DNA of 63,883 nucleotides, filler included, from Hausera hauseri (GCA_046269625.1; 11 parts of 11 records of this genome joined end to end with filler, not necessarily neighbours in it), one strand, 5' to 3'; positions 34,571-47,667 are shown, counted from the whole stretch's first letter. Notes: generated by a model not told the origin, from the letters alone. Numbers and translations are program-made.

Positions 34571-35249
34571 TTACCGTGCCGTAATAACGTGGTGCTATTT
34601 GGGGGTGTCGTATCGTAGACGCCTTGTCACCGTTGACGGTAACTTTAATGGTTCCAATTGGCTGATCGATTAATTGTCTTAACTCTCCAATTAAGTATAG
34701 TTTGTTATTCATACCATTCGCTTTTTCCATTTCCTGTTTTCTAACTGGCGACTGGATTTCTTGGCTTCTGAGATTGTGTGTTTCAGGGCTTCCAGTAAAT
34801 GTTGACTGCCTTTCGTTTGGTGTAGGTATTCTAGGCGAATAAATAATACCGTGATCGGCGACTGCCGATCGACAATGTAGGGCAGACGTTCTTTCCGTTT
34901 CGTGGGTCTTACGCAATATCCCGTAGTGTTTTGTTCCTTTGTAAGGATCCTCTAGACTAAACGGCTTCCAATAGATCCCTGTCTGGCACGAAATCGTAGA
35001 TTGTTTCTCACAGTCTTCATATATAGGTGCCGTTGGCGGCAGTATTGGTAATGGTAATTTCATAACAGAGTAGTTTTTATGCATGTTCGACTTGGATATA
35101 ACGTTTCCTCTCTTAGGCTCGTCATCGTCAGAGTTATTTCTTCGTGTCTTATTATTTATGAAGTTGTGCCTGTAGTCGAATATGCGTCTTTTACGTTTTC
35201 GATTATGGTAGCAAACATGTCGTTCCACATCCGCTTTCCATCTACTCTC

Positions 35250-37076
35250 TTCATAAGCCTTTAAGAATTTACCGAGAGGTGTTATAATAGCCGTCAGAAT
35301 CTTGTACGAGAATTCTGTCAAAGTGAATATCTCGGATCCATTTATAATCGCTTGAATTATTGCTTTGACCAGCTGAATCAAGAAATAAATTGCTAGGAAT
35401 CCTGAAGCGGCTTGTTTGAACATCAGGAATCTTCCCCAAATTTTATGCAATCTTTCCGTATTTACTTTTTGGTTGTAGTTGACACCAAGCAATGATTCCC
35501 ATTTCGCTTGATAACGTGCGTCCTCTAGTATTGTATGCATCACTCTGTTTAATTCATGTGTGCGCTGACGGAGGAAAGCGAGGAATTGTTTGAACGTCTC
35601 TACTTCTTTCGGTCGGTAAATCCCTTTGCGGCGGTATCTTGAAATTTATTATCGGTTATTCCTTTTATTAAATTTGTTCCCGTTAATTTGATCGAAAACG
35701 TAATTATGCCGCCGTTTGGTAAACTTACCCAATCGGTTTTGCTACGTCTGAACATTGGTTCACCTAGGCTGGTCTTGCAGTCGCTCAGAATTGTCGGCTG
35801 AGTAGAGTTTGCCAACAGTACTCTAGTAATTGGTGTTACTAACCTTGGTACGTCATGGTATATTACTGGAAGTTCCTGTATACACCTCTTCTCTTTCACA
35901 TTAATAGGTACATCTTTCTCTTCACATTCATAGATCAGTAGGACTTCTCCGGTTACCCGTCCGAAAACGCCTCATTTTACTGGAATTATTGGTGATGCTA
36001 ATTCGGGGTTAGCATATATTAAAGCCAGTTTAGTCCGCATGACTTCCAAGTTCAATTTGCAGTCATATGTTATCATTGGGTGATATAACTCGGCTATTCC
36101 GGCTTGTCCTTTATAGTAGTCTTGAGCTTAAACGTCCTGGCGTTTATCTCCGTCTCAGCTACAAAGGATGCTTCATAGTTGGTGACGTACATTATGATAT
36201 CACATCTTGTGAGTACATCTTTCTTAACAAATTTCAATCCATATGCATCGGAAATCAGTATAATAGATGTGGACTGTTCGGCTACATCTTCTCGCGTTTT
36301 AGAGTTAGTTTTCTTGCTACCTATGTATCGCTTCCATGTCGTCTCATTAAACTTAAGTTATTTAATTCTGAGAAAATTGCAATCGGTCTTAGCTGGGTGT
36401 TTCCAAATTCCCACGGAGCTTCTAAAGGAGCAAGTACCATCCTGGATGTGGCACTTCTGGTTTTCTATGTAAAGTTTAGTAACGCTATGGAACATTACCT
36501 TTTGTAGGCGCATTTCGGTTTCGTAAAAATCTACCAGTACGATGTTCGACTTTAGCCCTTTTTCAGTATCGTATTCTGCGCCATTACAATGTCCGATGTG
36601 TATATCTAGTCTTCCAGCTGCCACTTTATATACTCTTATTATCTTTCTTGATCCATTTCCAATTCCATGCCATCCCATTTTAATCTTCCAGTCTCTCTAG
36701 CTTGCTTACAATGCTGACGTTCTAAGTTCATCGGAATTGGTGGGGTTGTTGGCTTGATTATCGATAAATGCCCATGCACCAATCCACAATGGAAAATACT
36801 GCGAGATCGTCGCAACATACATTCTTTTCCGTCTAATGTAACTAGTTCGCGTTGTTGGTACAGTACGTAATTTTTCTCTTTTATTTCTAGTTCATGTGGT
36901 CTCGCATCTTCACACATTTCTAACTCTATTAATGAGTATTTTTGGCCAAGTTTAAATTTGTCGCAGTCGTACACTGTAACTGCACCCATTTGTCTTATTA
37001 GCATTATTAAGGTTAAGAAGTTAATTAACCAGTTTCGCTCGTTTCCTCTATTATTTCCGGTTACTTTTCGTAACAA
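35250..37076 (-). pseudogene. Class III viral fusion glycoprotein (chuvirus glycoprotein / herpes gB-like)
   Basis: Signal WLINFLTLIMLIRQMGA, then VYDC..YSL..C, C..FHCG..H, C..GHCNG, GRVTGEVLLIYEC..RCIQELPV..VTPITRVL..C, and WGRF..ASGFLAIYFLIQLVKAIIQAIING TM. Confidence 0.82.
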
Positions 37077-38874
37077 GTCTTAAAATCTATTATTGCCAAG
37101 GAAGGGCTTATTTTGACGTTCTTCTTCTCTTTCAAATAATTTGGACCAGCTTACTTCTTGGGGTAGTTTCCTGGCAGCCTTCTTTACCAAGCTAGTGGTC
37201 TTATTAAATTCGCTTTCTCGGACCGGATTGGTTTTAACGGCCAAATATAGCAACACTTTTTTTAATTCCTTCACGGTGTTCTCTGCTATAATTTTTTCGA
37301 TTATCGTTTCATTGCTTAAGGTGCTTCTGGATAATTTACATCGAAAATTTTTTATAGCTTTGGCTGCATTAAATATAGCCTTCTCTCTCGTCTAGCATAT
37401 TGCCGTCGAGACTAGAGTGGTTTACTATACGCATCAATTTTTTCATGAGTTCTGTCAGTTCTTCGTCATCTGCACTGAAGGTCAGTATGGATATTTATCT
37501 CATTTCTCTGATTATATCTCCGTTATGGTCGATTTCTTCTCGTGTCTTCCGAGGCCTGCCGACAGGACGCTTCTGTTAGGTTAAAGTCAGTGCGGTATCA
37601 CTGGTTGGCACTAAATTCTTATCATATTGTTCCTTGTCCGCGTCTGTCTGCAAGTATTCAAAGTACATTTCTGCGTCTCGAACTCCTACAATTCGTCCTA
37701 TCCACTGTTCAGTCTTCGCCTTTCTGGTGGCCTCTTCTTTTGTTTCGTCGGTGTGAATTGTTACTACTATCCGGTTTGCTTCGTCTGAAATAATTCCAAC
37801 TTCTATTAGTAGTTCCATTTGGTCTAATATTCTTCTTTTAAAATAAAGTCTACAATTTGGCTCGTTTGTATGGCCATTACTTTTTAACCACAGTGCTACA
37901 TCCTTCACAAGGGAACGTTTAGTAAACTCGTGCTCCTTCTCGTCACCCAGTCAAACGTTATTCTTATTTTAATCGTTTCTTCGGGCCTTGTCTTTAAGAT
38001 TTTAGCGTATTCTTTGATTAAAATTTTTGGTGCAGTACTATAAATGGTACCTTCGCTGGCCAATTTAGTTAAGGTGGGAACTAACCACCTTAATTGATTT
38101 TCAGTAAGGTTTACACTGATTGACTTAATTAGATCCCTTTCAGTTTGTGCCGAGTCCAGAAGCATCTTCACACTAAATCTCTGATTTGGTGGACACGTCT
38201 CCGTTTCGTACAAGTGCACGGGAGTTTTCGAGTTTTCGGCGACTATCGCATTCATATACGCGTCCCTTTTGTTTTCGTTTTCGGATATTCCGAAATCAAT
38301 CTCGGGAGTTTCTAACGGCCGGACTAAGTTCGCTTCCTTCATTGATTCTCTTAGTTTCCGTAGTTTCTTTTGCATTACAACCATTTGTGTGGTTCGGAAA
38401 CAACGTCCGTTTCCGGAGTTTGGCGTAATACTGTTAGCAGTTGACATAATTCTTTGGCTGATATAAATCCTTGTTCTTGATAGTTAGTTAGCTTAGAAGC
38501 TACGTCGCTTTGCCATCTTTGCACAAATTGTGACTTGTCAGCCTTTTCCGCTTCTGTAAAAGCATACTTAGTTTTATAGACCTCGAGTTTTTTAGTTACT
38601 TTGTCTAATCTTACCGTTTTTTGTTGGGTTTTAATGCAAGTTTCTTCAACTTGTCGTATCTGTGGCAACAATTGTCTTATTTTTTCGTTATTAATTTCTG
38701 CCATTTCCACTATCAGCAGTGCTAATTCATACATCTCATTAATAATTTTTGAGTCTGGGTCTATCTCATCAAGCAATCTTTTTACAAACTTGGTCTATTC
38801 AAAATAAAGATGGTGGTCGTTCCTTATTTTAGTCAGTTCGGTCCGATACCTTTGATCTGTTCCGACCATTCTTT
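37077..38874 (-). pseudogene. Unknown N-terminal polyprotein region upstream of the glycoprotein (gag position)
   Basis: Chain of same-strand ORFs 38375-38776, 37905-38447, 37576-37908 and 37080-37274; the last is in frame with the glycoprotein across one TAA; no CCHC seen. Confidence 0.55.
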
Positions 38875-38973
38875 NNNNNNNNNNNNNNNNNNNNNNNNNN
38901 NNNNNNNNNNNNNNNNNNTTAATTAATTAANNNNNNNNNNNNNNNNNNNNNNNNNNNNNNNNNNNNNNNNNNN

Positions 38974-39945
38974 NGTTTCTATTTCTCTTACTCCGGCTAT
39001 ATATGTTATCGGTATGGCCAATTTCCTCATTATCCTCTCTATTTGATACCCCACTAAGACGTATCCATGGAGGCATTGCGTTACTTCTTGTTGTACTAGC
39101 TTAAAATCCTTTCCATGATTCAGATGTTCTCTCTTAATTCCAGTAATTTTTGCATGCGTTCTAAACACTTTTTGTCTTGGATTGATGGTTTTTGAATAGA
39201 CTTCAGTCCCACTTTCTTCTCGGACGGATATCTCGATTGGAATATAATTCCCTTCTTCTCCTTCCCCATAGTTTATTGCGATCATCCTGAGATTTCTCTC
39301 GTCAGCTACCAATCTATATGAATATAGGTGTGTGCCCTGTTCTTCTTTTGTAGGCCTTTGTCTAAATTCTAAAGGTGGCAATGTAGCGGGTATTGTTTCT
39401 TCTTCGGTTGTTTCGATCGTTCTTTTCACTGGTAAGGCAGCTACACGAAATTCCAATTTGTGATTTCTGAGGCTCCTACTGTTGAATACAAAGGTATTAA
39501 ACCGGCTCTGTCTTCCTTGGAATGAATCCCATTTTTGATCCTTCAGTCGATAGTAAATTTCCCCATCTGTGAAATGCACATGGATTTCTGTTCTTTATCT
39601 GATAGGTACTGAGCGATTGGTTTAAATGGGTATGCCCTAGCATCTTTGTCTTCCCTCCATGCATACAAATATACTGCTCTAGCCTCCTCGGTTGTCCCTT
39701 TTAGCCCATTCGGTATTTCGCCAACTTCCCCATATTGCACGAAGCTTTTCCCTTGTAATTCTGTGTTTATCTGCCTATAGACGGCCTTTGAATTCGGGAT
39801 CCGCACTATTACATAGTTCTGTAGGAATTCGTCGATACTAAGTCGACTGGTCATTTCCTCCGTGTCCATCCTACGTCGGCTCGGAACTTCCTTGGCGTCG
39901 ACGCTAATTCGGCTTGGTTCCATCTGAGTCTGAGTACTTACTAAT
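38974..39945 (-). pseudogene. Accessory ORF of copy C: unknown N-terminal domain plus REX4/ISG20-like DEDDh exonuclease fold
   Basis: ISVREESGTEVYSKTINP..THAKITGIKREHLNHGKDFKLVQQEVTQCLHGYVLVGY; one frameshift near 39580. Confidence 0.7.
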
Positions 39946-42900
39946 CTGAACAAAAGAACATAAAGGTTAATCTTGAAACAAAGGATGGTTTTAAACCAAA
40001 ACCAATTCTTTGTTTGATGACAGAATAAACTGATCTGTAATTGTCAGCTTATTTTATCATATGGGTTTACAGGGTTCTCCGACTCCTTAGTTCCCATTCT
40101 GAATTTTTACGACGCTTAAAATAACAGTTTTTGGTAATTAGTCGAAAAATCGCAATTAGTATAATGAGAACAAACGTTGACAGTACTGCAATAGATATAA
40201 TTGGTAAAGCAGTTAATCCTAGTGGTGCTTGAGTAGTGATTGATGTTGTGGTTTTGTCGCCTATATCTTCGCATGTATGCTGTTTTGCATGCACCTCAGC
40301 CAAAGTATGCAGCGTAATTGTTTAGGTCGCTTTGTTCTCTGCATACACTTGTATTATGTATTCGGATTGTGGTTTCAGTAAGTTGCACTCGGTTTGATAA
40401 GTATTTTTAAAGTGTTACCATTTGCTTATTATATGTGGTCCGACAACTTATATATATCGTAATTTTGTTTTTCCTCTACGAAGAACACGATCTTATACCG
40501 TTTGGCCGAAAATTTGATAGATATAATTTCCAACTCTATTTTAGGTGCGTCGTTTGTCGTAAGAGCTCGACCAGCTTTATTAGTTGTAATTTCCATTGAA
40601 ATTCTCCAAATCTTATTTTCCGGATAGTAAGTTCGTAATTGTATGCTCGTCTTATTTAGTCGTACCTTGTATAAATCAAATCTTATTTTAAAATCTTGGT
40701 TCGCCGGCAGTTTGCAGCAAGCATGTTGCACACCTGCGCGAATAGAGCAATACTCTATTTCCGGGGTCGGTCCAGTTGTTTCTTCAAATCTGATACTAAT
40801 TTCTCGATTATCGGTTAATTCTATCCGGGTATCTACTTGGACGCATTTTCTTGCCTTGTTAATCACAATTCTTCGAATATTCTTATCTAATAGTTTTATA
40901 TCTGGATCAGTATATCGCAACATCTCGTTCAGTCCTATTTCATGATTTTTATCTCGTGTAGGGATAACTAGTTGAAATGGCGGCTTTATTTCGTAAACTT
41001 TTAATAAACTTGGTACGTACAGGTGATAAGTGAGGTTGTAAGTACGTCCAAAATATACGTCGCAACATCTGGTATGTTCTCCGTGCTCGAAGTCACAGTT
41101 TTTGGCATCTTCCGTCATTACATGGTCTAAGACGATTTGTAATCTTCCAAAATCGTGGTGCAGTTTCTGCGCCCTGAACCCAACGCACGTGGAGTTTGGC
41201 GAATAGAATTGAATTGACACTGACTGTAATAGCCTTTGGATTTCTTCGGCTGATGGTTTTCTTTTTGCAGCAAATCCGCCGTGCCACCATTTTGCTTGTG
41301 TTCTCGGAATGTAAGAAGCAATAAATGATAGTGCTAAAACTATCTGAACATATGAGATCGGTCTGGCAATTATTGAGGAAGTCTTTATTTCTCGTGAGCG
41401 TAAGTTGTAACGTTTATTGGGCCGTATCTCTGTCTTAACAACTCTGCACTGATACGACTTCTTCCTTTCCATTTTTGTTAATATATACTGTAGTTGACGT
41501 AACCATTGTAACTTCGTATGGTCCTCTGCCTGTACGAGTCAATTTTAGTAAGGTGCCTTTTTTAACGACCGGGTAATGCACATAAACCCAATTTCCTTGC
41601 TCTATATCATGCGGTTTCGCTTTCTTATCGTATTGCTTCTTAAACTGCTCTTGATATTCTTGAGATAATTCCTTGGCGATTTCCCAACACTTTTGCAATT
41701 GCATTTGTAACACCTCTGCGAAATTTTGTTCTAAATCTTCGGGATTAACTGTGTATGGCGTCATTCCTAAGTCCGTAGGCAACGCGGCTTCACGTCCATA
41801 CATCATAAAAAATGGCGTAAATCCTGTTGTTGGATGTTGTGTGGTATTAATCGCAAATTGAGTTCCTTCTAAAAATTCGTCCCAATCCTTTTGGTCCTTA
41901 GCCACTACTGTTGACAGTATACGTATGACGGTAGCATTCATCCGTTCGACCATTCCGTTACATTGAGGATGATATGCAGTAGTCGTTAATCGTTAGATTT
42001 CGAATATCTTAGTGATTTTCTCAAATAATTCACTGGTAAAATTTCTTCCCCGATCTGTGAGTATCTGTTCTGGAGGCCCGTATCGACAAATAGTCCTTCT
42101 TACCACAGCTTCTGCTAAGGTCTCGGCCTTTTGATCGATCAATGCTATCAACTCGACAAAATGAGTTATGCGATCGATACATGTCAAGATATACTTATTG
42201 TTCTTGTGAGTCGTAGGAAGATGTCATACGATATCCATCGACATGGCTTGCATAGGCCTGTCGGGTACATCGATTGGTTTTAATTCGGCCATGTAATTTT
42301 TCGCCTTCTTTTGTTTAGTTGCACATACTTCACACTCGTTTATCCAATTTCTTACATCGATATAGATACTAGGCCAAAAGTATTTGTTCATTATTCTTTC
42401 TAATGTTTTCTTCCAAGACCTATGTCCGGCTAAGTATTAATCATGTTCTGACATCAATACTTCAATTCGTAAACTTTTTGGGATAAATATCAATTTTCTT
42501 CCTTTCCGTTCGTAATATAAGATGTTTCTTTCGTCCCTATCATTTAAGGCACAATATTTGTGTCCATTCCTGTGTAAATGTTTCTTTAACTGTCGTCCTT
42601 TTGGTATAATATCTTTTTTTGCAAATTCTATAATCTGCTGGATAACTTTATCCTTTCTCTCTTCTGCTGAAATCTTGATTGCCCTATCTATTGTTAATGC
42701 GCGTTGGCGGTCTATTATTTCCTCAAGTTGACTTTTCTTCATTACAGTAATTGCGCTTGTTTTAGTCTTTAATCTTGATAGCGCATCTGCGTCTACATGT
42801 TTGTTCCCTGGCTTATATTGAAATTCAATGTTGTACCTTGATATTTCCTCGATCCATCTGTTGAGTCTGCATGTCGGGTTATTTGCTCGGCCTTATAAAG

Positions 42901-43609
42901 TTGTGACGGCCTTCTGACAATTATAATCTTCTGCCCATATACATAAACTTTAAAATGTCGAAGTGCTTCTTTTACAGCTAGAGTTTCTAATTCTGTAACA
43001 GAATAATTTTTCTCAGCCTACTTCAAGGAACGTCCTCCGTAAGCGATCGGATGTTTTAATTCTTCATTTCCTCTGTGCTAATTCGTACCCGATGCCTTCT
43101 TTACTGGCGTCGGTTTTAATTATGAAGGGTAAGTTAAAGTCTGAGTACCGCAAAACCGGTTCACTCGTCAATATCTTCTTCATTTCGTCGAAAGCTTTTT
43201 GTTCGATGTCTGTCAATTTCCATTTGATCCCTTTTTTAGGTAAGCGATATAAAGGTGCATTAATCGTTGAATTGTATGGTACGTAGGTTGCCTAATATCC
43301 GCAGAGTCCTAACCAATGTCTCAACTCTTTCTGATTTTGTGGTTCCCTACAATCTGATATTTTGTTTAATAGTGATTTATCCGGTTTCGATCCTCCTTCT
43401 CCAACTATGTGACCTAAGTAGGATACTGAATTTTGAGCCCATTTGCATTTCTTCGGATTTACCTTCAATCCGGATTGTTCTAATCTCATCAGTGTATGTT
43501 CAATATCCTTTAAGTGTTCTTCCTCCGTTTTCGATGCTATCATCACATCATCTAAATATGCAAAGGCATGATCCAGTCCCATTAACATTTTGTTCATCAT
43601 TCTTGTAAA
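38974..43609 (-). mobile_element. Envelope-bearing Ty3/Gypsy-like retroelement, copy C (RT to accessory ORF)
   Basis: YLDD RT, RH, IN, signal-FN3-TM (about 40067-41400), hairpin and accessory ORF. Confidence 0.92.
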
Positions 43610-43709
43610 NNNNNNNNNNNNNNNNNNNNNNNNNNNNNNNNNNNNNNNNNNNNTTAATTAATTAANNNNNNNNNNNNNNNNNNNNNNNNNNNNNNNNNNN
43701 NNNNNNNNN

Positions 43710-43780
<71 letters not shown>

Positions 43781-43803
43781 TCTCTCCCCCCTCTCTCTCT
43801 CTC
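43710..43803. repeat. (CT)n microsatellite; a second one at about 48341-48416
   Basis: Directly visible at both ends of contig 8. Confidence 0.98.
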
Positions 43804-43809
43804 AACGTT

Positions 43810-44169
43810 AGGAAAGTCCACCCCGTGATGTGCGTGTTCCCAAAGTCCTAGGCAGGTCACGGAGTTTCCCTTTAGTGGTCAGGACCATTGCATTACGCAG
43901 TGGTTTAGTGCACCTGAGGCATGACATTCAGTAATGCCCGTCACCTATATGGTGCCCAGGGCCCGTGCAGCCGTCTCCGGCACAATCTAGGCTTTTGTAA
44001 CTGAACCTTGTCATTCAGTTGGATAGGCGCAATCAGTAGGAGGGCCAACGGACACGCCCCCCACCCCCGCGCCACTGTATGAGGAGTCGGTAGAGTCCTG
44101 TCTGTTCCTAACGGGGACCACCAAGAGTCCACGAAAACCCGTGAAGGTAGTGTTGCCTTGGCTGACACC
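43810..44169 (-). repeat. ~360-bp GC-rich interspersed repeat; inverted diverged copy at 46804-47165
   Basis: Shared blocks CAAGGCAAC, TCCCCGTTAGGAACAGAC, ACGGCTGCACGG, GTGACCTGCCTAG, GGGAACACGCACATCACGGG. Confidence 0.85.
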
Positions 44170-44615
44170 TAGAACTATCAGCCTTACTCCCGAAACTGTC
44201 ATCTCCAACATCCGAGAACTAGGGATAAAGAACGGCATGGCCAGAACCGAACGTTATGTCAAATGTGCAAGACGAATTGTCATTCAAAACAAAACTGACC
44301 GATATAGTCACTGAGGGAACTAGTGATACGGGGATCGAAGCACCTGTCCGAAGTGTAGTGATGATGATCCATCCAGCTTGTAACCCATAACTCAGGATCG
44401 CTTTTTTTTTTTTTTTTTGCTCTACAAAATTTTGTTTTTAAAGCCAGATTCGGAGACTATGGCCTATGACGAAAAAGTCTGTCACGGACGTGTTGTAGAT
44501 ATCCTTGACGTTTCATTGGTATTTATGAAAATAAAGAAATTAATTGGAAAAATCATATTCTCAAAAAGGAGTATAGATTGTCATCAAAAATACACAATGT
44601 GAGAACAAATTCCAC

Positions 44616-44687
44616 TCCCAAGTGGTCTAGTGGTTAGGATTTCGCGCTCTCACCGCGACGGCCGGGGTTCGATTCCCCGCTTGGGAA
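44616..44687 (+). tRNA. tRNA-Glu (CTC)
   Basis: 72-nt cloverleaf: acceptor TCCCAAG/CTTGGGA, anticodon stem TCGCG/CGCGA with loop CTCTCAC, T-arm CGGGG-TTCGATT-CCCCG, followed by a poly-T terminator. Confidence 0.93.
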
Positions 44688-44929
44688 AGGTTTTTTTTTT
44701 TTTTTTTTGTTTTGTTTTAATTTTCTAAACTTTATTATTTACAACTATTTATGTTTCATGTATTCTTCATATTTAATGTTTCCAAACACCTTTCAGGTAC
44801 TACAACCATGACGTGTCTTGCTCTTGCTACGTACCTGGGAAGTAAATATTTTAACATTACAGTTGTTAATGTTTGTCTCCCTTGCACTGATAGTTTAATC
44901 TGAATTGATTTGACGATATCCACATCACC

Positions 44930-45790
44930 GAGCCTCATCTATTCTGTACGAGCACTGATAAGGGCTGTAGAAGGACCATGGAGTAGTGGCATTGAGCTCT
45001 CCTGCTTTCCCGGTCGTGTCTAGGAAGGTGGACCGAGGTCCTCCAAGCTTTAGTGTAATGTTTCTCCATAGAAATGCTTTAATCTGAGTACAGTGGGATC
45101 TGATATTTCGAAGTTTTGAAATTCGAACGAATGTCCCAGAATTCAAAAGCTAGATTAGAGAAACATTTGATTCAAAGTTGAACCGATGCTTATAAATTCA
45201 AGCTCATACTATGAGTGTCCCCCATCAAACCCAAGTGTTCACGAATTTAAGAAATTGATCGTTGGGTTTAAATTCTGTGCAAGAATGTACCGAAAGAAAC
45301 ATATTCAACTTGACTAATGTTTGGTGCATCATATGGTGTATTCAAAATGGTTGTTCCGTCTGTGTTCCCTTCTTTACCAATTATCGGCTTTCTCGCTGAA
45401 ATAGAAGTTTGTGTGGCCTAGAATCCACTGCATATATAAATCCACAACGTCTTATAACTGTGTAGCATATTTTTTGTACCTTTTGGGTGGTGTCAACTGA
45501 ATTTATTCTCCAACTTTCTATTGCTGTTAAGGCTGCCTGTGAATCTGAGAAGACCACAATATCATTTTGTGCCATTATATTAGATTCAAATTGCTCGAAG
45601 ATTTATGTCAGAGCTTTATGAATGGCAAACACTACTGCTTCATAATTTGTATACCATGTACCACAAGGACCTTATATTTTGATGGATTCCTCTGTGTCTG
45701 ATGGAATTATTACAGCTCCATATCCTGCATTAACTTTTGCCTTAAAGGCTGACCCATCTGTGTAAACATGGATAAAATCTTCGTAATTAT
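44930..45790 (-). pseudogene. Non-LTR retrotransposon (I-group-like) RNase H remnant
   Basis: IHVYTDGSAF...GYGAVI, NYEA..FAI, VFSDSQAAL, WIxGH..EKAD. Confidence 0.75.
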
Positions 45791-47667
45791 AAACGGTTGG
45801 TTTGGGATGAGAATTAAAGGTTTAATAAAACCACTTGAGTTTCTATTTAGTTTATGTCCAGCGTGTTTTAGTGACATGAACGTAAACTCTCGCTATGCAA
45901 TATTTGATAAAGCTCAGGCTGATACCAGTCACGCTCTATGTGTTTATGGAGTTCTATGTGATTCAGCATGGTCTTTCAGTTATAAATACAGAGATAGAAC
46001 TGGACTCCTGAGAGGATTTCAAGAGATATTATTCGTTACCCCTATCTCTAGAATTTATTCTTCTGTTGTCTGAGTGTGTATGGAAAAGTGGTTCGACAAA
46101 GTCAAGAATTTCATCATTTCTTCACTTCACTTCAATCCCTTTAGCGCACGCATGCAGGTACGCGCACACGCACAACACACATACACACAAGTTGAACCCG
46201 TGATGGTGGTATACATTGTATCCAAAAGCCAAAATACATCTCTACTTCTTCGTCTTTTACTTCTACTTTAAACATAAGGTATCCAAAATATTTCTGCGAT
46301 CCAGATCTCTCCTGGGCAGGACTGTGGAATCGGAGATTTTTGGACCGACAACGCAGTACTAGTCCTAGGCAATCTAACCAATTTTACACCAGATCTTACC
46401 AGTCTCTATCTATACTATCTAAAATTCATCTCTATGTCGCTTTCACGGTCTCTTTCCTTCTCGTTCCACATAACGGCCGTCCAGGCGTATCTGCTTATCT
46501 ACAACCTCAGTATATGGTCCTTCAACATCGTCTTTTCTTTATTTCATCATTAATGTTAATGATAGCTGTCTATCAGGCTATCTCTAATTAGACACGCTTT
46601 GTTCCTAATGGATTCTGGCCTCTCTTCTATGTTTAACACTCTTTAGCATTCTTATCAGACATCTTTTCTTTGTGTCCCTAAAGTTACTCACCTGATCACG
46701 ACTGTTGTATTACGACTATTCAACACTGGCCTGTCTGCTAATTAACGTAGAGAATACATCATAGAACATAATGAAACTGGGGAGTAAGGGCTGACAGCTC
46801 TATGGTGTGTCTGTCAAGGCAACCCTACCTCCACGGAGTCCACTCGTGGTGCTCCCCGTTAGGAACAGACATGGCTCTGCAGACTCCTCCCGCAATCGGG
46901 CCAATACCTCCCCAGCCCGTGGCCGCTCTTACTGATTGTCCCTATCCTACTGAATGTCAAGGTTCCGACGATGGTTCAGTTAGCAAAGCATAGACTGTGT
47001 CGGAAACGGCTGCACGGAGCTTGGGCGCTAAATGGGTGTCGGACATTACTCGATCCCATGTCCAAGGCGCCTTAAACTGCTGTGCAATGCAATGGGCCGG
47101 ACCCCTAAAGGGAAGCCCTGTGACCTGCCTAGAACATCGGGAACACGCACATCACGGGATGGACCTGTCCGAACGCAGAGTATTAAAATGGTCGGAGTGG
47201 GCCATCAGATGCAGATCTTCAGTGATTGTCCTATGTACAGTCAAATTGAACAAGTAGGACATAGTCAGTGGCGTGTGATTACTTTCCTAATATGGGACTA
47301 GCGTACATGATACTTTAAGAGACTAACAAAGGTCCTTTTTATGTGATGTGTAGAATTATCTTCACAAAGGAAATTTCACATGTGACAACGTACCTGGTGT
47401 AATTACCTTAAATTATGCATTTTTGACATTAAAAATGAAATAAACATATAAAGATAACAATGAACACACAATTCAACAAAAATTAAAAAGAAAAAAATAT
47501 TTCAAAGGCTTTGGAAACATGATTTTTATTTATATGTTAAACTAACGAACGGAGAGTAAAACTCGAGGCCCAAGACCAAACAATGTAATAAACAAACAAA
47601 TGTTTGAAAGAAGTAGATAAGGGAGAAGAACAAACTAGACAAGAGAGAAAAAAACAGAGAGGAAATT

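Larger units (their letters stand above)
29740..38874 (-). mobile_element. Envelope-bearing Ty3/Gypsy-like retroelement, copy B (most complete, heavily decayed)
   Basis: N-terminal ORFs, full glycoprotein, PR-RT-RH-IN, FN3-TM protein and hairpin, all in the same order as copy A. Confidence 0.92.

Noticed and set aside
43654-43860. ERERER-rich ORF
   Set aside because: Translation of the (CT)n microsatellite and the linker.
44100-44169. HDV-like ribozyme at the 5' end of the 360-bp repeat
   Set aside because: ACC-TTCACG-GGT resembles P3/L3, but P1 and P2 cannot be formed and the second copy breaks the pairing.
46330-46760. RTE-like reverse transcriptase C-terminal relic
   Set aside because: Only faint motifs; too decayed to support by eye.
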